Positions 59,781-64,000 of a DNA stretch of 64,000 nucleotides are shown here, piece after piece; position 1 is the first letter of the stretch, and every line of letters starts with the position of its first letter. Where the stretch lies: NCBI GenBank assembly GCA_950097015.1, contig CATNEN010000005.1, forward strand, positions 1,116,001-1,180,000, read 5' to 3'. This stretch comes from Macrostomum hystrix (taxonomy: Eukaryota; Animalia; Platyhelminthes). The translations under genes and the position numbers were made by a program. Under the pieces are notes generated by a model. That model was not told the origin of the DNA. It searched no databases and was given only the letters and a program-made list of their open reading frames with translations.

Positions 59781-61211
59781 CTAAGGCTCAATCTCGCCTA
59801 GGTAGACCTTCTTATCGCTGCCAACGGACATAATTATCGGCTCCTTAGGATGGAAATGAGTCTCATTAACGGAGCCTGTATGGCCGGGCAGTTTATAAAC
59901 CACTTGCCTACTGGCGCAGTCCCAGATGTAGACAAACCGGTCGGCTGATCCGCACGTCACTCGTCGACCATCGGATTGCCAGGCACAGCGCAACAGATTC
60001 TGCTCGAAACTGTGCCTATGACCGGTTAGAATCTTGAGGCAGCGATCCTGCGGCGCGTAGGGACGAATATCCCAGAGCCGTAGCTGGGCATCCATACCGT
60101 TAGATAGCAGATAGTTGCCATCAGGACTAACAGCCAATCCGCTCACAGTGTCAGTGTGTCCCTTGAGTCGCATAGTGCAAGCCAGACGCCTCAAATCCCA
60201 GGTCTGGATCGAATTATCGATGCCGCCAGCGTAGACAATCTCGCCGGTGTCGCCGAATGCGACGCTCGTGACAGCGCTGGAACAGTCGAAACTGTGCGTG
60301 TGCCCGCGCAGCCTCCGATCCCACAGGCGAACTGTGCCATCGTCGCTGCCGGTGCACAGCAGCTGCGGACCTCGGCGGACAATGTCGACACTGTTGACTA
60401 GCTTCTCGTGGCCTGCATTAGGGTTTGATTAGGAAATGCAACACTGCTATACTACTTAACATAGCAAATATAAGTAGGTTAGTAGCGCTTTTTAAATCTA
60501 AAATATCGTTCCAATTCTACCAGAAGTGAATTAGCTACTCATTACCCATTCTACCTGAGGTAAATGAAGCTACTCATTACCCATTCTATCTGAGGCAAAT
60601 GAAGCTACTCATTACCCATTCTATCTGAGGTAAATGAAGCTACTCATTACCCATTCTACCTGAGGTAAATGAAGCTACTCATTACCCATTCTACCTGAGG
60701 TAAATGAAGCTACTCATTACCCATTCTACCTGAGTTAAACTATCAAGCGATTACCTTTGAGCCGCTTTACCCGACAGCCAGACTCCAGATCCCACAGGGC
60801 GGCAGTCTTATCAGTAGCAGCGGAGACAACGGTCTCTCCATCAGTAGAGAATTTCAATTCCAAAATGGCGCCACCGTGGCCAGTTAAAATGGCGAAATTT
60901 TCGCACTCGTCGAACACAGTCCAGAGAAAGATTTTTCTTTCAAAACCAGCCGTAGCCAGTATAGCTCCGGTAGGTGAAAATTTGCCGCAATAGATTTCAC
61001 CCTCGTGACCAGTCAGGAGCATTATTGGCGCATGAAGTGAGGATGTGCGCATTGGGCCAGCAGAAACTAGGCGCTTATTGCTGCTACTAGTAGAGCCATG
61101 CTGGATCAACTCGCTGCCGGTGGTTCGAGCCTGTTTAGCTGGAACTACAGCTAGAGCTGACTGAGACGCAGGGCGCTTCACGGTGGAAACTGAATCCGTT
61201 GATACTGACAT
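59781..61211 (-). CDS. SNRNP40: U5 snRNP 40-kDa WD40 protein, 2 exons
   Basis: Exons 61211-60755 and 60412-59781 (G|GC phase 1). RTSSLHAPIMLLTGHEGEIYC; GHRHSFEQNLLRCAW; YKLPGHTGSVNETHFHPKEPII.SVGSDKKVYLGEI. Confidence 0.95.
60530..60735. repeat. 35-bp minisatellite in the SNRNP40 intron
   Basis: Unit gaagctactcattacccattctacctgaggtaaat (60601, 60636, 60671, 60706). Confidence 0.95.
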
Positions 61212-61339
61212 GGCCCTCTTTATTTATGGACTCTTTGATTTACTTGACAGGTGCTGAAACATATAGGGTCATTGTGAGTTGTAGGATAATGGGTAAGTTT
61301 TTATTGTTGATAAGTCACATGGTCAGGTAATTTTATTAA

Positions 61340-63085
61340 TGGATCAGGTTGTATTATTGGTTGATCGGGTGATATTGCTGATGGGTCAGGTTCTATTGTT
61401 GGGTCAGGTTCTATTGTTGGTTCAGGTTGTATTGTTGATGGGTCAGGTTCTATTGTTGATGGGTCAGGTTCTATTGTTGATGGGTCAGGTTCTATTGTTG
61501 ATGGGTCAGGTTCTATCGTTGATGGGTCAGGTTCTATTGTTGGTGGGTCAGGTTCTATCGTTGGTGGGTAGGTTCTACGCTCGTATTGTTGATGGGTCAG
61601 GTTCTATTGTTGATGGGTCAGGTTCTATTGTTGGGTCAGGTTCTATTGTTGGGTCAGGTTGTATTGTTGGTGGGTCAGGTTCTATCGTTGGTGCGTCAGG
61701 TTCTATCGTTGGTGGGTAGGTTCTACGCTCGTATTGTTGATGGGTCAGGTTCTATTGTTGATGGGTCAGGTTCTATTGTTGGGTCAGGTTCTATTGTTGG
61801 GTCAGGTTGTATTGTTGGTGGGTCAGGTTCTATCGTTGGTGCGTCAGGTTCTATCGTTGGTGGGTAGGTTCTACGCTCGTATTGTTGATGGGTCAGGTTC
61901 TATTGTTGATGGGTCAGGTTCTATTGTTGGGTCAGGTTCTATTGTTGGGTCAGGTTGTATTGTTGGTGGGTCAGGTTCTATCGTTGGTGCGTCAGGTTCT
62001 ATCGTTGGTGGGTAGGTTCTACGCTCGTATTGTTGATGGGTCAGGTTCTATTGTTGATGGGTCAGGTTCTATTGTTGGGTCAGGTTCTATTGTTGGGTCA
62101 GGTTGTATTGTTGGTGGGTCAGGTTCTATCGTTGGTGCGTCAGGTTCTATCGTTGGTGGGTAGGTTCTACGCTCGTATTGTTGATGGGTCAGGTTCTATT
62201 GTTGATGGGTCAGGTTCTATTGTTGATGGGTCAGGTTGTATTGTTGATGGGTCAGGTTGTATTGTTTTCTGGTCAGGTTCTATTGTTGATGGGTCAGGTT
62301 GTATTGTTGATGGGTCAGGTTCTATTGTTGGTGGGTCAGGTTCTATTGTTGGTGGGTAGGTTCTACGCTCGTATTGTTGATGGGTCAGGTTCTATTGTTG
62401 GTGGGTCAGGTTGCATTGTTGGTGGGTCAGGTTGTATTGTTGGTGGGTCAGGTTGTACTGTTGATGGGTCAGGTTGTATTGTTGATGGGTCAGGTTCAAT
62501 TGTTGATGGGTCAGGTTCAATTGTTGGTGGGTCAGGTTCAATTGTTGGTGGGTCAGGTTCTTTTGTTGGTGGGTCAGGTTGTATTATTGGTGGGTCAGGT
62601 TTTATTGTTTTCTGGTCAGGTTCTATTGTTGATGGGTCAGGTTCTATTGTTGGTGGGTCAGGTTCTATTGTTAGTGGGTCAGGTTGTATTGTTGGTGGGT
62701 CAGGTTCTATTGTTGGTGGGTCAGGTTGTATTGTTGATGGGTCAGGTTTTATTGTTTTCTGGTCAGGTTCTATTGTTGATGGGTCAGGTTGTATTGTTGA
62801 TGGGTCAGGTTGTATTGTTGATGGGTCAGGTTCAATTGTTGATGGGTCAGGTTCAATTGTTGGTGGGTCAGGTTCAATTGTTGGTGGGTCAGGTTGTATT
62901 ATTGGTGGGTCAGGTTTTATTGTTTTCTGGTCAGGTTCTATTGTTGATGGGTCAGGTTCTATTGTTGGTGGGTCAGGTTCTATTGTTGGTGGGTCAGGTT
63001 GCATTGTTGGTGGGTCAGGTTCTATTGTTAGTGGGTCAGGTTCTATTGTTAGTGGGTCAGGTTCTATTGTTAGTGGGTCAGGTTA
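61340..63085. repeat. 21-bp minisatellite with a 148-bp higher-order unit
   Basis: Unit gttgatgggtcaggttctatt; identical ORF starts at 61659, 61807, 61955, 62103. Confidence 0.97.
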
Positions 63086-63544
63086 TGTCTGTTTAAATAA
63101 AAAAATTCAAATGCAATAAATAAAAGCATGATGCATCAAGAAATCACTGCATTTAGTGAAGAAGTCAAATCAGTATATAATCAAATTCATTAATGGTTGT
63201 CATTACATCATTTCTGATTAGATTACTATTACTAGTAGTTAAACGAGCATTATAATCGGAAAATAAAATAAATCAGGTAATAGGCCAACTCTAAACTACA
63301 CAGTTAATTTTATTTAGTTTTAACTTACTAATTCCATCGTGTGTCTAGTCCAACTGTCTAACTTGCAGTTAGAAATATTTTAAAGGGCCATCACAAATAA
63401 AGGTGACTTAGAATAAAGTTAGGAAGACAAGTTAATTTTATTCATTTTACCAATCACCAAATAACAGGCAGCAAAAGCCAAGGAGACACATTCAACAGTA
63501 GTAAGACCAAATATTTAAAAGAGCCACATTATTATATTTTCTCT

Positions 63545-63690
63545 ATATCTCCTAAAATTTTCCGTTCCGATCCGATGAAACAACTTCCAGAATCACAAAA
63601 CATCGGCATCGTCAAGACATTCAACAATTCACTCATCGAGGTGTTTGGTGGCAAAAAGCTGCAAAATTTCATGATGCAACCATGTCGGCA
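63545..63690. repeat. Dispersed repeat family C
   Basis: ttttccg...atccgatgaaacaacttccagaatcacaaaacatcggcatcgt matches 27835-27895. Confidence 0.65.
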
Positions 63691-63715
63691 TTCATTGCTG
63701 ACTGTTTTGGATTGA

Positions 63716-64000
63716 TTAAATTGTATTTATTTTTAACTTATATAGTATAAGTGCATCACCCTCATCACCGGGTGCCTGCCGGTGTCCCTGCACTCTGAAC
63801 TTCTGGCAGCGCAGTTCTGGGTGCAAGCGCTTCATCCGTGCCACCCATGTCATCATCTGTCGCTCGTCCGGGCCCCGCGGCGGCAACTTCGCTCGTCGCT
63901 CACCACCTGCGCCATCAACTTCATCAACGTGCATCAGCCGCTTCTACGTCCTTCCCCCGGTCCGCTCACCACCCGCCAGCTTTCCATCGCCCTCCACACC
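63716..64000 (-). other. GC-rich coding-like stretch running off the window; possible retroelement ORF1 remnant
   Basis: WVARMKRLHPELRCQKFRV...GDALIL loosely resembles non-LTR ORF1 C-terminal regions; an upstream in-frame stop is present. Confidence 0.2.

Noticed and set aside
2356-61211. Two U5/tri-snRNP genes (USP39, SNRNP40) in one window
   Set aside because: They are more than 50 kb apart with unrelated genes between; no evidence of functional clustering.
61339-63119. Long GSG-rich ORFs resembling the secreted gene's tail
   Set aside because: They translate a 21-bp minisatellite that is open in several frames on both strands, with no signal peptide or unique domain, and lie upstream of SNRNP40 on the opposite strand.

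Overview
Intron-rich animal genomic DNA. It is most likely a free-living flatworm, Macrostomum-like (inferred from the RYIRF-Gly peptide, GC-rich exons and minisatellite-filled introns). I assembled splice models by hand for seven multi-exon genes: USP39 (-), a Gfo/Idh/MocA oxidoreductase (-), MPP-beta/PMPCB (+), MFI/C11orf65 (+), a TTC28-like TPR-CHAT protein (+), PPCDC (-) and SNRNP40 (-). The accessory block at about 11.8-21.0 kb is a tandemly duplicated two-gene cassette. One gene is an intronless single-BIR IAP with a UBA-like helical region and no RING (one intact copy, one frameshifted, one fragment). The other is a two-exon secreted prepro-protein (signal peptide, acidic pro-region, RRQRR furin site, hypervariable cationic amphipathic segment, K/R-rich linker, RVGSGS/RGGGS repeat tail) whose splice donor overlaps a stop codon. 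At 23.9-24.8 kb a secreted PAN/apple-domain ORF lies in the same frame as an exon encoding an acidic spacer-KK-...RYIRF-G-stop (RFamide) peptide, separated by a minisatellite. Mobile DNA includes two SINE families (one CORE-like, with clear TSDs), a Crypton tyrosine-recombinase relic split by a SINE, a possible Merlin fragment, a MITE and a nested foldback element. No databases were searched; family calls rest on motifs recognised by eye.
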